A stretch of DNA of 64,000 bases from Candidatus Pacebacteria bacterium CG2_30_36_39 (lineage in GTDB: Bacteria > Patescibacteriota > Microgenomatia > UBA1400 > PJMF01), in the NCBI GenBank assembly GCA_001873435.1, contig MNZB01000004.1, positions 78,030 to 142,029 on the forward strand, in the 5' to 3' direction. Shown in pieces: positions 48,263 to 58,001 of the stretch. The first letter of the stretch is position 1; every line of letters begins with the position of its first letter. The position numbers were made by a program, and so were the translations under genes. A model generated the notes under the pieces. That model was given only the letters and a program-made list of their open reading frames with translations, ran no database searches and was not told the DNA's origin.

Positions 48263-48619
48263 TTAAACGTTAATTCCTTCTGCACGAAGAGTTTCAGCAA
48301 CTGCTTTTACTCTTCCATGATATTTGTATGAGCCACGATCAAACATTATTTTTTCGATCTTAGCTTTTTTCAAAGCTTTTACTAATTCTTGAGTAACTTT
48401 TTGAGCACGCTCGGTTTTAGTGCCAGTTGGAGCTTTTTTGCCCATGTCACTAGCAGCTACTAGAGTTTTGCCAACTTCATCATTAATAACTTGTAAAGAA
48501 ATATGTTCGTTGGTACGTAATACAGACAAGCGAGGTCGCTCAGCAGTACCCACCATATGAGCACGTACTCTTATTTTTCTTTTTTCAATTTTAGATAAAT
48601 TGTGTTTAATTGTTGGCAT
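48263..48619 (-). CDS. rplR: 50S ribosomal protein L18
   Basis: 118 aa; ...FDRGSYKYHGRVKA. Confidence 0.9.
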   Translation of the reverse strand: MPTIKHNLSKIEKRKIRVRAHMVGTAERPRLSVLRTNEHISLQVINDEVGKTLVAASDMGKKAPTGTKTERAQKVTQELVKALKKAKIEKIMFDRGSYKYHGRVKAVAETLRAEGINV

Positions 48620-48634
48620 AGGACCCTTTATTCA

Positions 48635-49174
48635 CTAAGCAGTGGCAGTCTTTCCTGGTTTGGTTTTAACCACTTCATTTTCGTAACGAATTCCCTTACC
48701 CTTGTAAGGTTCTGGAGAACGAATACCTCGAATATTAGCAGCTGTTTGGCCAACTAATACTTTGCTGATTCCTTCAATATTAATTGTATCTGTGCCTTCA
48801 ACTGAAAACTTAACGCCTTCAACTGGGGCAACATCAACTGGATGAGAATAACCAACGGTTATACTAATACCAGCACCTTTGGCAGTTGCTCTGTAACCAG
48901 TACCAACTAGCTTTAGGGTTTTCTTGAAACCTACAGAAACACCTTCAACAGCACCAGCTAATAAGCTACGAACTAATCCATGAAAAGCTCTGCTTTGACG
49001 CTCATCATTTTTGCGAGTAACTACTAAAGTGTTTTCTTCTTGAGCAACAGTGACCGCATCCATAACTGATATCACCAAGCTACCCTTAGGACCTTTGACA
49101 GTCACTTGAGTTTTTTCGATGACAGCGGTAACACCAGCTGGCAAAACAATAGGTTTTTTTCCGATTCTTGACAT
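48635..49174 (-). CDS. rplF: 50S ribosomal protein L6
   Basis: start set at MSRIGKKPI (ATG 49174). Confidence 0.85.
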   Translation of the reverse strand: MSRIGKKPIVLPAGVTAVIEKTQVTVKGPKGSLVISVMDAVTVAQEENTLVVTRKNDERQSRAFHGLVRSLLAGAVEGVSVGFKKTLKLVGTGYRATAKGAGISITVGYSHPVDVAPVEGVKFSVEGTDTINIEGISKVLVGQTAANIRGIRSPEPYKGKGIRYENEVVKTKPGKTATA

Positions 49175-49184
49175 ACTTATACCT

Positions 49185-49574
49185 TTACCAAATTTGGCAA
49201 AGAAGTTCTCCACCAACATTTTGCTGGCGAGCTTCTTTGTCTGTTAAAAGACCTTTACTGGTTGAAACGATAGTAATACCGTAGCCATTGAGTGATGGGG
49301 GTACTTTATCGACTGAAGAATATAATCTTCTACCTGGTTTAGAAACACGTTTAATACCTGTGATTAAAGGTAGCTTACCCTTATATCCCAAAGTTAGAAC
49401 GAGTTCTGACTGAGGTTTTTTCTCAATTACTTCAAATTTTGCCATATATTTGTTATCAACTAAAATCTTAGCAATTGCCTCTTTCACTTTGGAATAAGGA
49501 AGCACCACTTCCTTGTGTTTAGCAAGGTGTGCGTTCTTGATTCTAGCTAACATGTCTGCGATTGGGTCTGTCAT
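49185..49574 (-). CDS. rpsH: 30S ribosomal protein S8
   Basis: MTDPIADMLARIKNA. Confidence 0.9.
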   Translation of the reverse strand: MTDPIADMLARIKNAHLAKHKEVVLPYSKVKEAIAKILVDNKYMAKFEVIEKKPQSELVLTLGYKGKLPLITGIKRVSKPGRRLYSSVDKVPPSLNGYGITIVSTSKGLLTDKEARQQNVGGELLCQIW

Positions 49575-49575
49575 A

Positions 49576-49806
49576 TTATTTACTTGCCTTTACCACGCCT
49601 GGGAGTTCACCTTTAAGGGCTAACTCTCGAAAAGTAATTCTGCTTAAACCAAAATAACGCATATAACCCTGAGGACGTCCGGTGATTTTGCAACGGTTCT
49701 TACCTCTGGTTGAAACTTTATTTGGTTTCTTCTCTCCAGCTAACTGATATTTTTCGCGCAAAGCTAACATTTTTTTATCTTTGGCGATTTTGGATTTCTT
49801 AGCCAT
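49576..49806 (-). CDS. rpsN: 30S ribosomal protein S14 (short, single-Cys type)
   Basis: [35 protein letters not shown]. Confidence 0.8.
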   Translation of the reverse strand: MAKKSKIAKDKKMLALREKYQLAGEKKPNKVSTRGKNRCKITGRPQGYMRYFGLSRITFRELALKGELPGVVKASK

Positions 49807-49808
49807 AA

Positions 49809-50372
49809 TTACTTCTTATCCTCTTCTTTTTCGAATGGAAAGCCCATAAGCTCTAACATTCTAAAAGCTTCTTTATCATTTTTAGTACTAGTGATCAAAT
49901 TAATTTGTAGACCACGAATGCTTTCAATTTTGTCATACTCGATTTCTGGAAAAACGATTTGTTCTTCCAAACCAAGACTATAATTTCCTTGACCATCAAA
50001 GGCTACTTTGGAAATACCACGAAAATCCTTTACACGAGGTAAGGTAATAGATACTAATTTATCTAAAAATTCCCACATGTTTTGACCACGTAAAGTTACC
50101 ATTACACCCAAAGGATCGCCTGCTCTCAATTTAAAGTTGGCAACAGCCTTACGAGCTTTAGTAATCTGAGGTTTTTGGCCAGAGATTAAGGCAAATTGAT
50201 CAACTACGTTATCAATTACTTTTTCACGAGCTTTAGGATCTACTGGATCTTTAATGCCCATGTTAATTGAAACTTTTTTGATTTTAGCCACTGAAAAAGT
50301 ACTGCTATGCTTAAATTCTTTTTGCAAAGCTGGAAGCACTTCTTGTTGGTATTTTTGTTGTAGTCTATTCAT
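49809..50372 (-). CDS. rplE: 50S ribosomal protein L5
   Basis: 187 aa, L5 core. Confidence 0.9.
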   Translation of the reverse strand: MNRLQQKYQQEVLPALQKEFKHSSTFSVAKIKKVSINMGIKDPVDPKAREKVIDNVVDQFALISGQKPQITKARKAVANFKLRAGDPLGVMVTLRGQNMWEFLDKLVSITLPRVKDFRGISKVAFDGQGNYSLGLEEQIVFPEIEYDKIESIRGLQINLITSTKNDKEAFRMLELMGFPFEKEEDKK

Positions 50373-50384
50373 TTTTACCTATAT

Positions 50385-50729
50385 TTATTTCTTTGCGGTT
50401 TTCTTGGTTGGCTCAGCTTTTTTAAAAGCGATAATAGTGCCAGTTTTCTTAAAAACACGCTCTTTTTTACCATCTTTGGTTACTTTATAACCAATGCGAT
50501 CAACTTGACCTTTATCATTAATAATGGCCACATTGGCGGTTGGCAAAGGACGTTCTCTCTTTACTCTTTCACCAGGTTTACCAGCATAAGGACGAACATG
50601 CTTGGTGTAAAGATTTACATCTTTAATTAAGACTTTGTTCTCTTTTGGAAAAACTTTGGCAACTTCACCTTGTTTGCCTTTTTCTTTTCCTGCTGTAACG
50701 ATAATTTTGTCGCCAATAGTAAATTTCAT
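50385..50729 (-). CDS. rplX: 50S ribosomal protein L24
   Basis: KIIVTAGKEKGKQGEV (KOW). Confidence 0.9.
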   Translation of the reverse strand: MKFTIGDKIIVTAGKEKGKQGEVAKVFPKENKVLIKDVNLYTKHVRPYAGKPGERVKRERPLPTANVAIINDKGQVDRIGYKVTKDGKKERVFKKTGTIIAFKKAEPTKKTAKK

Positions 50730-50731
50730 AT

Positions 50732-51106
50732 TTATAATACCTCTGGTGCTAAACTTGCTATCTTGCTAAAACCTCGATCTTTAACCTCACGAGCAATTGG
50801 ACCAAAGACACGAGTGCCCACTGGTTCAGTTTTTGCTCTTGATTCAATAATCACGGCTGCATTGTCATCAAAACGAATATATTCGCCTGAATTTCTACGC
50901 ATTTCTTTTCTTGTTCTTACAATAACTGCGCGAACTTTAGAACCTTTTTTCAAAGAACTATTTGGATCAGCATCAATAACTGAAGCAACAATAATATCAC
51001 CAACATAACCAAAGCGTCTGTGGGATCCACCATAAACTTGAATGGTGCGAATTTTTCTTGCTCCACTGTTATCTGCGACTAGGAGTACAGATCTAAGTTG
51101 TATCAT
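50732..51106 (-). CDS. rplN: 50S ribosomal protein L14
   Basis: [16 protein letters not shown]. Confidence 0.9.
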   Translation of the reverse strand: MIQLRSVLLVADNSGARKIRTIQVYGGSHRRFGYVGDIIVASVIDADPNSSLKKGSKVRAVIVRTRKEMRRNSGEYIRFDDNAAVIIESRAKTEPVGTRVFGPIAREVKDRGFSKIASLAPEVL

Positions 51107-51109
51107 TGC

Positions 51110-51343
51110 TTATTTTCCTACCTTCTTGTTTATTACAAAACGCTTAGTTTTACTCATTGGTTTTGATTCTTGAATTTCAACAGTATCACCCTCTTTAATT
51201 TCAAGATTCTCATAATGGCAAGCGTATTTTTTGCTACGTTTCACCAATTTTTGGTAAATTGGATGTTGCCACATACGAGAGACTTCGACAGTTGCGGTCT
51301 TTTCTCTCTTGGCTGAAGTAACTATACCTAACATTGTTCTCAT
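51110..51343 (-). CDS. rpsQ: 30S ribosomal protein S17
   Basis: 77 aa, S17 core. Confidence 0.9.
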   Translation of the reverse strand: MRTMLGIVTSAKREKTATVEVSRMWQHPIYQKLVKRSKKYACHYENLEIKEGDTVEIQESKPMSKTKRFVINKKVGK

Positions 51344-51564
51344 TATTTTGTCTCTTTCTGTTCAGTTGCGATGGCCAGTTGACCAAGCACTGTTTTAATT
51401 CTGGCTAAGTCATCTGAAAGAGTTGCTACTAAACGAGTGTTTGCTAACTTTCCAGCTACACGTTCCATACGAATTTTTGCGAGTTCCATTTGAAGATCAG
51501 CTTGCATCTTCATAAGTTCAGTCTGGTTTTTAGCTCGAAGTTCAGTAATATCTTTTCTCTTCAT
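51343..51564 (-). CDS. rpmC: 50S ribosomal protein L29
   Basis: 73 aa; ELRAKNQTELMKM... Confidence 0.85.
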   Translation of the reverse strand: MKRKDITELRAKNQTELMKMQADLQMELAKIRMERVAGKLANTRLVATLSDDLARIKTVLGQLAIATEQKETK

Positions 51565-51569
51565 GATTA

Positions 51570-51974
51570 TTATTTCTTGACTATTATTGTTTTCAAAGAA
51601 ACCTTATGACCAGCTTTAGTCAAAGCTTCTTTAGCCATTTCTTCGGTTACGCCACTCACTTCAAAAAGAATAGTGCCTGGCTTAATAACTGCTACATAAG
51701 TTTCAATTGCACCCTTACCAGAACCCATTTTGACACCCACTGGTTTCTTAGTAATAGGTTTGCTTGGGAAAACTTTAATCCAATATTTACCCAATCTCTT
51801 GGTGGCGTAAGTAATTTTCTTACGAGCAGCTTCAATTTCATTGGAGCTTAACCAACCACCAGTTAATGCTTTTAAACCAAACTCACCAAAAGCAAGTTCG
51901 TTGCCACGTAAAGCGACGCCTTTGTTTTTGCCTCTAAATTGTTTACGATATTTTGATTTTTTTGGCTGTAGCAT
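51570..51974 (-). CDS. rplP: 50S ribosomal protein L16
   Basis: MLQPKKSKYRKQFRGK. Confidence 0.9.
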   Translation of the reverse strand: MLQPKKSKYRKQFRGKNKGVALRGNELAFGEFGLKALTGGWLSSNEIEAARKKITYATKRLGKYWIKVFPSKPITKKPVGVKMGSGKGAIETYVAVIKPGTILFEVSGVTEEMAKEALTKAGHKVSLKTIIVKK

Positions 51975-51982
51975 ATTACCTT

Positions 51983-52633
51983 CTAGACGATTTCTCCCTT
52001 ATAGATCCAGACCTTGATACCGACATAACCGGAACGAGTCTTGGCTGGAACTTCAAAGTAATCAATATTAGCGCGTAATGTTTGAGTAGGAACACTACCC
52101 TTAAAATATTTTTCAGAACGACCAATTTCAGCGCCGCCAACTCTTCCAGAAAGTTGAATTTTAATACCCTTAGCACCTGCAGCCATTACTTTATCCAAAG
52201 CTTGTAAAACAGCTCTGCGATGTGGGTAACGACCAATAAGTTGAGTGACGATTCTTTCAGCTACTAAACGAGCAGAAAGATCTGGATTTTTTACTTCTTC
52301 AACTTTTAAATCAACTTTGACTTGATCTTTTTTGTCTTTAGAAATATTAAGTAAGCGTTCAACTTCTTTCTTAATATCTTCAAGATTAGATCCACCCTTA
52401 CCAATAACTACACCAGGACGAGAAACTTGTAAAACGATTCTCATTTTACTGATATAGCGTTCGATATCTACTTGAACTAACCCAGCGCTCTCTAACTTTT
52501 TGTTAAAGTATTTTCTGAGTTTATGATCTTCTAACACTTTGTCAGAATATTGTTCTGGTTTGGCAAACCAACGAGATTTCCAAGAGAAAATCTTTCCCAA
52601 ACGAAAACCGGTTGGATTTACTTTTTGTCCCAT
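51983..52633 (-). CDS. rpsC: 30S ribosomal protein S3
   Basis: MGQKVNPTGFRLG, KH domain. Confidence 0.9.
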   Translation of the reverse strand: MGQKVNPTGFRLGKIFSWKSRWFAKPEQYSDKVLEDHKLRKYFNKKLESAGLVQVDIERYISKMRIVLQVSRPGVVIGKGGSNLEDIKKEVERLLNISKDKKDQVKVDLKVEEVKNPDLSARLVAERIVTQLIGRYPHRRAVLQALDKVMAAGAKGIKIQLSGRVGGAEIGRSEKYFKGSVPTQTLRANIDYFEVPAKTRSGYVGIKVWIYKGEIV

Positions 52634-52637
52634 ATCT

Positions 52638-53111
52638 TTATTTCTTTGCTTTCTTAACTACTTTTTTAGCAACTGCTTTTGGGGCAGTGGTTTTTTTAGC
52701 GGCTTTTGGAGCTGCTTTTTCTGTTTTCTTTTCTTCTTTAACAGCTTCAGTTTTAACTTCAGCTTTTGCAGCTGGAGCTTGCTTAGTTTCCAAGATCACT
52801 TGAATATGTGAAGATCTCTTGAAAATGGTGTGAGCACGACCTCTACTAACAGCGCGAAAACGCTTGTATGTAGGACCTTCTCCAACTAAAATATTTTTTA
52901 ATTCCAATTCCTCAGCAGCCAAATGATGGTTGTGCCATGCATTGGCTAAAGCCTGTCTTAAAACTTTGGCCACAGCAATACTAGCTCTGCGTTCCATAAC
53001 AGCCAATTGATCCATAGCTTTCTGAATAGAAAGTTTACGAACTGCGTTGGCCACCAAACGAACTTTGCGTGGTGACTGTCTAGTGTTTTTTTGTTCTGCT
53101 GTAATTTGCAT
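52638..53111 (-). CDS. rplV: 50S ribosomal protein L22 with Lys/Ala-rich C-terminal tail
   Basis: L22 core then APAAKAEVKTEAVKEEKKTEKAAPKAAKK... Confidence 0.85.
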   Translation of the reverse strand: MQITAEQKNTRQSPRKVRLVANAVRKLSIQKAMDQLAVMERRASIAVAKVLRQALANAWHNHHLAAEELELKNILVGEGPTYKRFRAVSRGRAHTIFKRSSHIQVILETKQAPAAKAEVKTEAVKEEKKTEKAAPKAAKKTTAPKAVAKKVVKKAKK

Positions 53112-53123
53112 TTTTTTAACCTT

Positions 53124-53408
53124 TTATGTCTTAGCCAAAACTCTCTTAACAATGCGACCATGGCCGCGGAAGGTTCTGGTAGGAGCGAATTCTCCTAATT
53201 TATGACCAACCATACCTTCAGAAATAAAAACCTCGATAAAATTTTTACCTTGGTGTACTGCAAAGGTGTGACCTACAAACTCTGGAGCAACAACGCTTTC
53301 GCGTGCCCAAGTTTTAATCGCAGCTTTATCTCCGCTATCCTTTTGCTTCATGATTTTTTTCATGAGCTTAGGGTCGATATATGGTCCTTTTTTTGTTGAT
53401 CTACTCAT
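53124..53408 (-). CDS. rpsS: 30S ribosomal protein S19
   Basis: [10 protein letters not shown]...[11 protein letters not shown]. Confidence 0.9.
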   Translation of the reverse strand: MSRSTKKGPYIDPKLMKKIMKQKDSGDKAAIKTWARESVVAPEFVGHTFAVHQGKNFIEVFISEGMVGHKLGEFAPTRTFRGHGRIVKRVLAKT

Positions 53409-53418
53409 ATTTATTTAT

Positions 53419-54252
53419 TTACTTTGCTCTTCTGTCTCGAACAATTAACTTAGTACTTTTGCGAACTTTACGAGTCTTCTTGCCAGGAGCAACATTCTTA
53501 CCCCATGGAGATTTTGGATATTTCAAACCAACACCACTACGACCTTCACCACCACCATGTGGATGTGAATCTGGATGTTGAGCAGTACCTCTGACGGTAG
53601 GACGAATACCCATTAGGCGTTTGCGACCGGCTTTACCAATTTTGCGGTTCTTCCAATCAACATTACCAACTTGTCCAATAGTAGCAAAACAATCTTCAAC
53701 AACTAAGCGTTGTTCTCTTGAAGGTAATTGTAAAGTTACAAAACCATTTTCTTTTGATTGAATCAAAGCAGATGCGCCGGCACCTTTTACAAGTTGTGCG
53801 CCTTTTCCTGGTCTTAATTCAATGTTATGAATAGGCATACCAACTGGAATGTTCTTCAAAGCCATTGCATTTCCTGGACGAGGATCAACTTTTTCTGCTG
53901 CGATTACTTCATCACCAATCTTTAAATTTAAAGGAGCCAAGATGTATCTTTTTTCTCCATCTTTGTAGAAAACCAAGGCAATATTTGCACTGCGCATTGG
54001 ATCATATTCAATTCTTTGCACGATACCAACAATATCTCTCTTTTCTCTTTTCCAATCAATTACGCGCAAACGTTTCTTTGCACCACCACCACGATGTCTA
54101 ACAGTAATACGACCTTTGAAACCACGACCCTGTCGTTTCTTATGACCAGATACTAATAATGATTTTTCTGGAGCACCCTTGTGCAAATCAGAACGATCAA
54201 CATCAATTCGATTGCGTTTACCTGGTGAGGTTGGTTTGACTTTTACTAACAT
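53419..54252 (-). CDS. rplB: 50S ribosomal protein L2
   Basis: 277 aa; GGGEGRSGVG..., L2 core. Confidence 0.9.
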   Translation of the reverse strand: MLVKVKPTSPGKRNRIDVDRSDLHKGAPEKSLLVSGHKKRQGRGFKGRITVRHRGGGAKKRLRVIDWKREKRDIVGIVQRIEYDPMRSANIALVFYKDGEKRYILAPLNLKIGDEVIAAEKVDPRPGNAMALKNIPVGMPIHNIELRPGKGAQLVKGAGASALIQSKENGFVTLQLPSREQRLVVEDCFATIGQVGNVDWKNRKIGKAGRKRLMGIRPTVRGTAQHPDSHPHGGGEGRSGVGLKYPKSPWGKNVAPGKKTRKVRKSTKLIVRDRRAK

Positions 54253-54551
54253 TATTTATCTCCTCCGACATCAAAAACACTGATTGATTGGCCACTCTTG
54301 AGTTTGACTAAGGCTTTTTTGGTCTTAGCACTAAAAGTAACCACTCTTTTTTGACCAGTGCGTCTGGATTTTTTTGGACGCATTACGGTGTTAATATCAA
54401 TTACGTTTACACTGTACATTTCTTCAACTGCAGCTTTAATTTTATTTTTGTCTGCAGTACGAGCTACTTCAAAAGTATAAATATTCTCTAAGTTTGCTCT
54501 TTGAAGAGTTTTTTCAGTAATAACTGGTTTGCGAATTACAAATTGATTCAT
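54252..54551 (-). CDS. rplW: 50S ribosomal protein L23
   Basis: 99 aa. Confidence 0.85.
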   Translation of the reverse strand: MNQFVIRKPVITEKTLQRANLENIYTFEVARTADKNKIKAAVEEMYSVNVIDINTVMRPKKSRRTGQKRVVTFSAKTKKALVKLKSGQSISVFDVGGDK

Positions 54552-54553
54552 GA

Positions 54554-55201
54554 TTATTTCTCCTCCTTAGCAACTGCTTTGGAACGAGCTAAACGAGCTT
54601 CAATAGCTTTTAAAGAGTCTTTGGTAAAAATAACGGTATCGGCAGATGCAATCTGCAAAGCATTAACTTCCAAAACTGGAACTGTTAAAACTTTTTCTAC
54701 ATTATCTAAACTGCGACGTAATAAACCGTTGTTTTCAGCTAAAACAACCAAAATTCTTCCTGGGTTGTCAATCATCTTATTTAAGATCTTAACAGCTTCA
54801 GCGGTTTTGCCGCTCAAACTATTTAGATTGTCAGTGACAACAATTTTTTCAGCTTGCATACTCAAAGCAACACGAAGAGCTTGAGCTTTCATATTGCGAG
54901 ATAAAGCTTTGGTCCAATTTTCAAGTCCTGTTGGACCATGAGAAACGCCACCACCTACAAAGATAGGAGCATTTTTGGAACCATGTCGAGCATTACCAGT
55001 ACCCTTTTGTTTGTACCATTTTGCTTTTGTACGAGCAACGTTGGAACGGGTTTTGGTTTTACTAGTACCTTGTCTCAAGTTAGAAAGATAAACTCTCACT
55101 GCTTGAGCAATTAAGGTTGGATTGCTTTTTTGAGCAAAAATATCATCACTAACTTCGATAGTGCTGCTTTTGCTAGTAGCGGTAATTACATTTAATTTCA
55201 T
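54554..55201 (-). CDS. rplD: 50S ribosomal protein L4
   Basis: 215 aa. Confidence 0.85.
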   Translation of the reverse strand: MKLNVITATSKSSTIEVSDDIFAQKSNPTLIAQAVRVYLSNLRQGTSKTKTRSNVARTKAKWYKQKGTGNARHGSKNAPIFVGGGVSHGPTGLENWTKALSRNMKAQALRVALSMQAEKIVVTDNLNSLSGKTAEAVKILNKMIDNPGRILVVLAENNGLLRRSLDNVEKVLTVPVLEVNALQIASADTVIFTKDSLKAIEARLARSKAVAKEEK

Positions 55202-55203
55202 AG

Positions 55204-55995
55204 TTATTCTTGCACCTCCTGAGTTTCAACAGCTTGAACTTCTTCTACAGGAGCAGTTTCATTTTTTTCAATTTGCAAACCAATTAAAGCTAAATCCAAA
55301 TCAACATTTTTTTTCTTGCCAGTTTTCTCAATGCGAATTGAACTGGAATTAAATCCTGGGACTGGGCCAGAAAGCCATAATTCTTGATTAGCTTTATCAA
55401 TGTATAAGACGGTTAAACCATAAACGGTTCTGGCATCAACACCAAAATGTCCAGGCATTTTCTTGCCTTTCCATACGTGTCCTGGAGAAGTACCAGCACC
55501 AATAGAACCAACTGCTCTTTCACGATCAGATTGTCCATGAGTTTTTGGTCCGCCATGAAAACCCCATCGCTTCACTGCACCAGCAAAACCTCGTCCTTTG
55601 GTAATACCTTGAACTTTAACAATATCTCCAACTTCCAAAACTTGCTCTAAAGCAATAGAGTCTCCAATTTTTAAAGGAGACTCTGTGTTAGCGTCATATT
55701 TAATACCCTTGACTTGAGCAACACCCATAGCAAAACCGCTCTTCTCTAGGCGAGTGCGAAGAGGTTTGTCTACATTCTTAAGTTTTTTGGTACCAAAACC
55801 AACCTCAATAATTGTTTGAGGTAATTTTTTCCAAGTTCGGGAGGATTTGTCAGTAACTTTGGTCTCAATTTGACCAACAACAGCGTTAGGTTGTACCTTA
55901 CACTTGGTTACTGCCAATCTCTTTCCGTTCTTAGACCAGGCTTGTGTCATGCCCAGCTTGGTAGCAAAGATTGCGTCTAACATACGTGTTTCCAA
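55204..55995 (-). CDS. rplC: 50S ribosomal protein L3 (C-terminally extended)
   Basis: KLGMTQAW...GKKMPGHFG. Confidence 0.85.
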   Translation of the reverse strand: METRMLDAIFATKLGMTQAWSKNGKRLAVTKCKVQPNAVVGQIETKVTDKSSRTWKKLPQTIIEVGFGTKKLKNVDKPLRTRLEKSGFAMGVAQVKGIKYDANTESPLKIGDSIALEQVLEVGDIVKVQGITKGRGFAGAVKRWGFHGGPKTHGQSDRERAVGSIGAGTSPGHVWKGKKMPGHFGVDARTVYGLTVLYIDKANQELWLSGPVPGFNSSSIRIEKTGKKKNVDLDLALIGLQIEKNETAPVEEVQAVETQEVQE

Positions 55996-56073
55996 TTTCT
56001 TTTTTTCAAAACTCTTTTACAAAAAAGTAGTGAGGGCCTCTTTTGCCCTCACCTAACTCATTTGTTTACTTTG

Positions 56074-56403
56074 TTACATTTTAATTTGGATGTCCACACC
56101 TGCGGGCAATTCCAAATGCATTAAAGAGTCAATCGTCTTATTAGTTGGATTGACTATTTCAATTAATCTTTTATGAGTTCTGATTTCATAATGCTCTTGA
56201 GCATTTTTATCAGAATGAGGTGAAGTCAAAACTGTAAAAGATTTCTTGTGAGTAGGTAATGGGACTGGTCCCACTACTTTAGCTCCGGTTGACAAAGCTG
56301 TTTGCAAAATTTTTCGACTTGCTTCATCTGCGACGCGATGATCGTAAGATTTTAAGCGAACTCTAATTTTGTAAGCGGTTTGTGTTCCAGTGCTTTTTGC
56401 CAT
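56074..56403 (-). CDS. rpsJ: 30S ribosomal protein S10
   Basis: [12 protein letters not shown]... Confidence 0.9.
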   Translation of the reverse strand: MAKSTGTQTAYKIRVRLKSYDHRVADEASRKILQTALSTGAKVVGPVPLPTHKKSFTVLTSPHSDKNAQEHYEIRTHKRLIEIVNPTNKTIDSLMHLELPAGVDIQIKM

Positions 56404-56595
56404 AGTTATATGTACTTTTTATATATTCGATCTCTATTTTAAGACCCAACATTTTTCTCTGGATCTCCAGAGGTATTTTAAAATCACAGGGCGTGATTAT
56501 ATCTAAAAATCCACGATATGTATAGGGCTAATTTGCCTGGAAATCCATGCAATCTGCGTCCTAGAAAAATCGTAGCTCTCGCCTGTCACTCGAGA

Positions 56596-56632
56596 ACGTA
56601 TATTATATCAAACATCTTGAGAAGAAACAATA
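56596..56632 (-). promoter_or_regulatory. candidate sigma70-like promoter for the S10 operon (minus strand: TTGTTT-17 nt-TATAAT)
   Basis: reverse complement reads ttgtttcttctcaagatgtttgatataat; purely pattern-based. Confidence 0.2.
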
Positions 56633-56677
56633 AAGTGATTTTATCACCAATCTAAATATTAATAATTGAATAACTAA

Positions 56678-56706
56678 CCAAAAACCCCGCCTTTAACAGC
56701 GGGGTT
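56678..56706 (-). terminator. intrinsic terminator downstream of tuf (aaccccgc-ctttaaca-gcggggtt, T-run on minus strand)
   Basis: 8-bp GC-rich stem; minus-strand read gives stem-loop followed by TTTTTGG. Confidence 0.6.
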
Positions 56707-56733
56707 TTCTTATTTGCTTTATAAAAGTAACTA

Positions 56734-57930
56734 TTATTTAGTCACTTTGGTAATAGCACCAGCACCTACGGTAATGCCACCTTCACGGATAGCAAAGCGC
56801 AAGCCTTCATTAACAGCTACTGGAGCAATTAATTTAACATGCATCTTGGCGTTATCACCAGGCATAACCATCTCTACACCATCTGGAAGAGTAATCTCAC
56901 CAGTGACGTCAGTGGTTCTGATATAAAATTGTGGTTTATAACCAGTAAAGAAAGGTTTGTGGCGACCGCCTTCTTCTTTCTTTAAAATATAAACCTCAGC
57001 ATCAAATTCTGCGTGAGGAGTAATACTACCTGGTTTAGCTAAAACTTGACCACGTTGAATAGCATCCTTATCAATACCGCGAAGAAGAATACCGACGTTG
57101 TCGCCAGCTTGACCTTCATCGAGCATTTTACGGAACATTTCCACACCAGTAACAGTAGATTTAGTAGTGTCTTTGAAACCAACTAATTCGATTTCTTCAC
57201 CTACTTTAACTCTACCTGATTCGATTCTACCAGTAGCCACTGTACCGCGACCCTTAATAGAGAAGACATCTTCAACAGGCATTAAGAATGGCTTGTCGAG
57301 ATCACGAACTGGGTTTGGAATGTACTCATCAACTTGTTTCATGAGTTCCATGACTTGATCTTGAGCAGCGGAATCACCTTCCAATGCTTTTAATGCTGAA
57401 ACACGCACAACTGGAGTGTTGTCACCATCAAAACCATATTTGCTCAAAAGCTCACGAACTTCCATTTCAACTAAATCAAGAAGCTCTGCATCATCAACCA
57501 TGTCACATTTATTCAAAGCTACGATAAGCTTAGGAACGTTCACTTGGTTAGCCAAGAGAATGTGCTCACGAGTTTGTGGCATAGGACCATCAGTGGCAGC
57601 AACTACCAAGATAGCACCATCCATTTGAGCAGCACCAGTGATCATATTTTTGATGTAGTCAGCATGACCTGGAGCATCAATATGAGCATAGTGACGCTTT
57701 TCAGTTTCGTATTCGAGGTGAGAAATGTTAATAGTAACACCACGAGCAGCTTCTTCTGGAGCGTTATCGATATCTAAATAACCCATAGCCTTGTTGATTG
57801 GACTTGGGATTTTAGCTGCTAAAGTTGTGGTAATAGCAGCGGTTAAAGTGGTTTTACCATGGTCAACGTGACCAATAGTACCAATATTAACGTGAGGTTT
57901 GTTGCGGACAAATTTTGAACCGTCAGACAT
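56734..57930 (-). CDS. tuf: elongation factor Tu
   Basis: [30 protein letters not shown]. Confidence 0.95.
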   Translation of the reverse strand: MSDGSKFVRNKPHVNIGTIGHVDHGKTTLTAAITTTLAAKIPSPINKAMGYLDIDNAPEEAARGVTINISHLEYETEKRHYAHIDAPGHADYIKNMITGAAQMDGAILVVAATDGPMPQTREHILLANQVNVPKLIVALNKCDMVDDAELLDLVEMEVRELLSKYGFDGDNTPVVRVSALKALEGDSAAQDQVMELMKQVDEYIPNPVRDLDKPFLMPVEDVFSIKGRGTVATGRIESGRVKVGEEIELVGFKDTTKSTVTGVEMFRKMLDEGQAGDNVGILLRGIDKDAIQRGQVLAKPGSITPHAEFDAEVYILKKEEGGRHKPFFTGYKPQFYIRTTDVTGEITLPDGVEMVMPGDNAKMHVKLIAPVAVNEGLRFAIREGGITVGAGAITKVTK

Positions 57931-58001
57931 AATTCTCCTTTTTTTGTTTGTACTTTTTTTCTTTTACTACTTCTTACTACTAATAAAAACAAATGAACAC
58001 A

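Noticed and set aside
49576-49806. Possibility that the S14 gene is the zinc-binding type-Z form
   Set aside because: Only one Cys is present and the sequence matches the C-terminal half of long-type S14 ([21 protein letters not shown]); called short non-zinc S14 instead.
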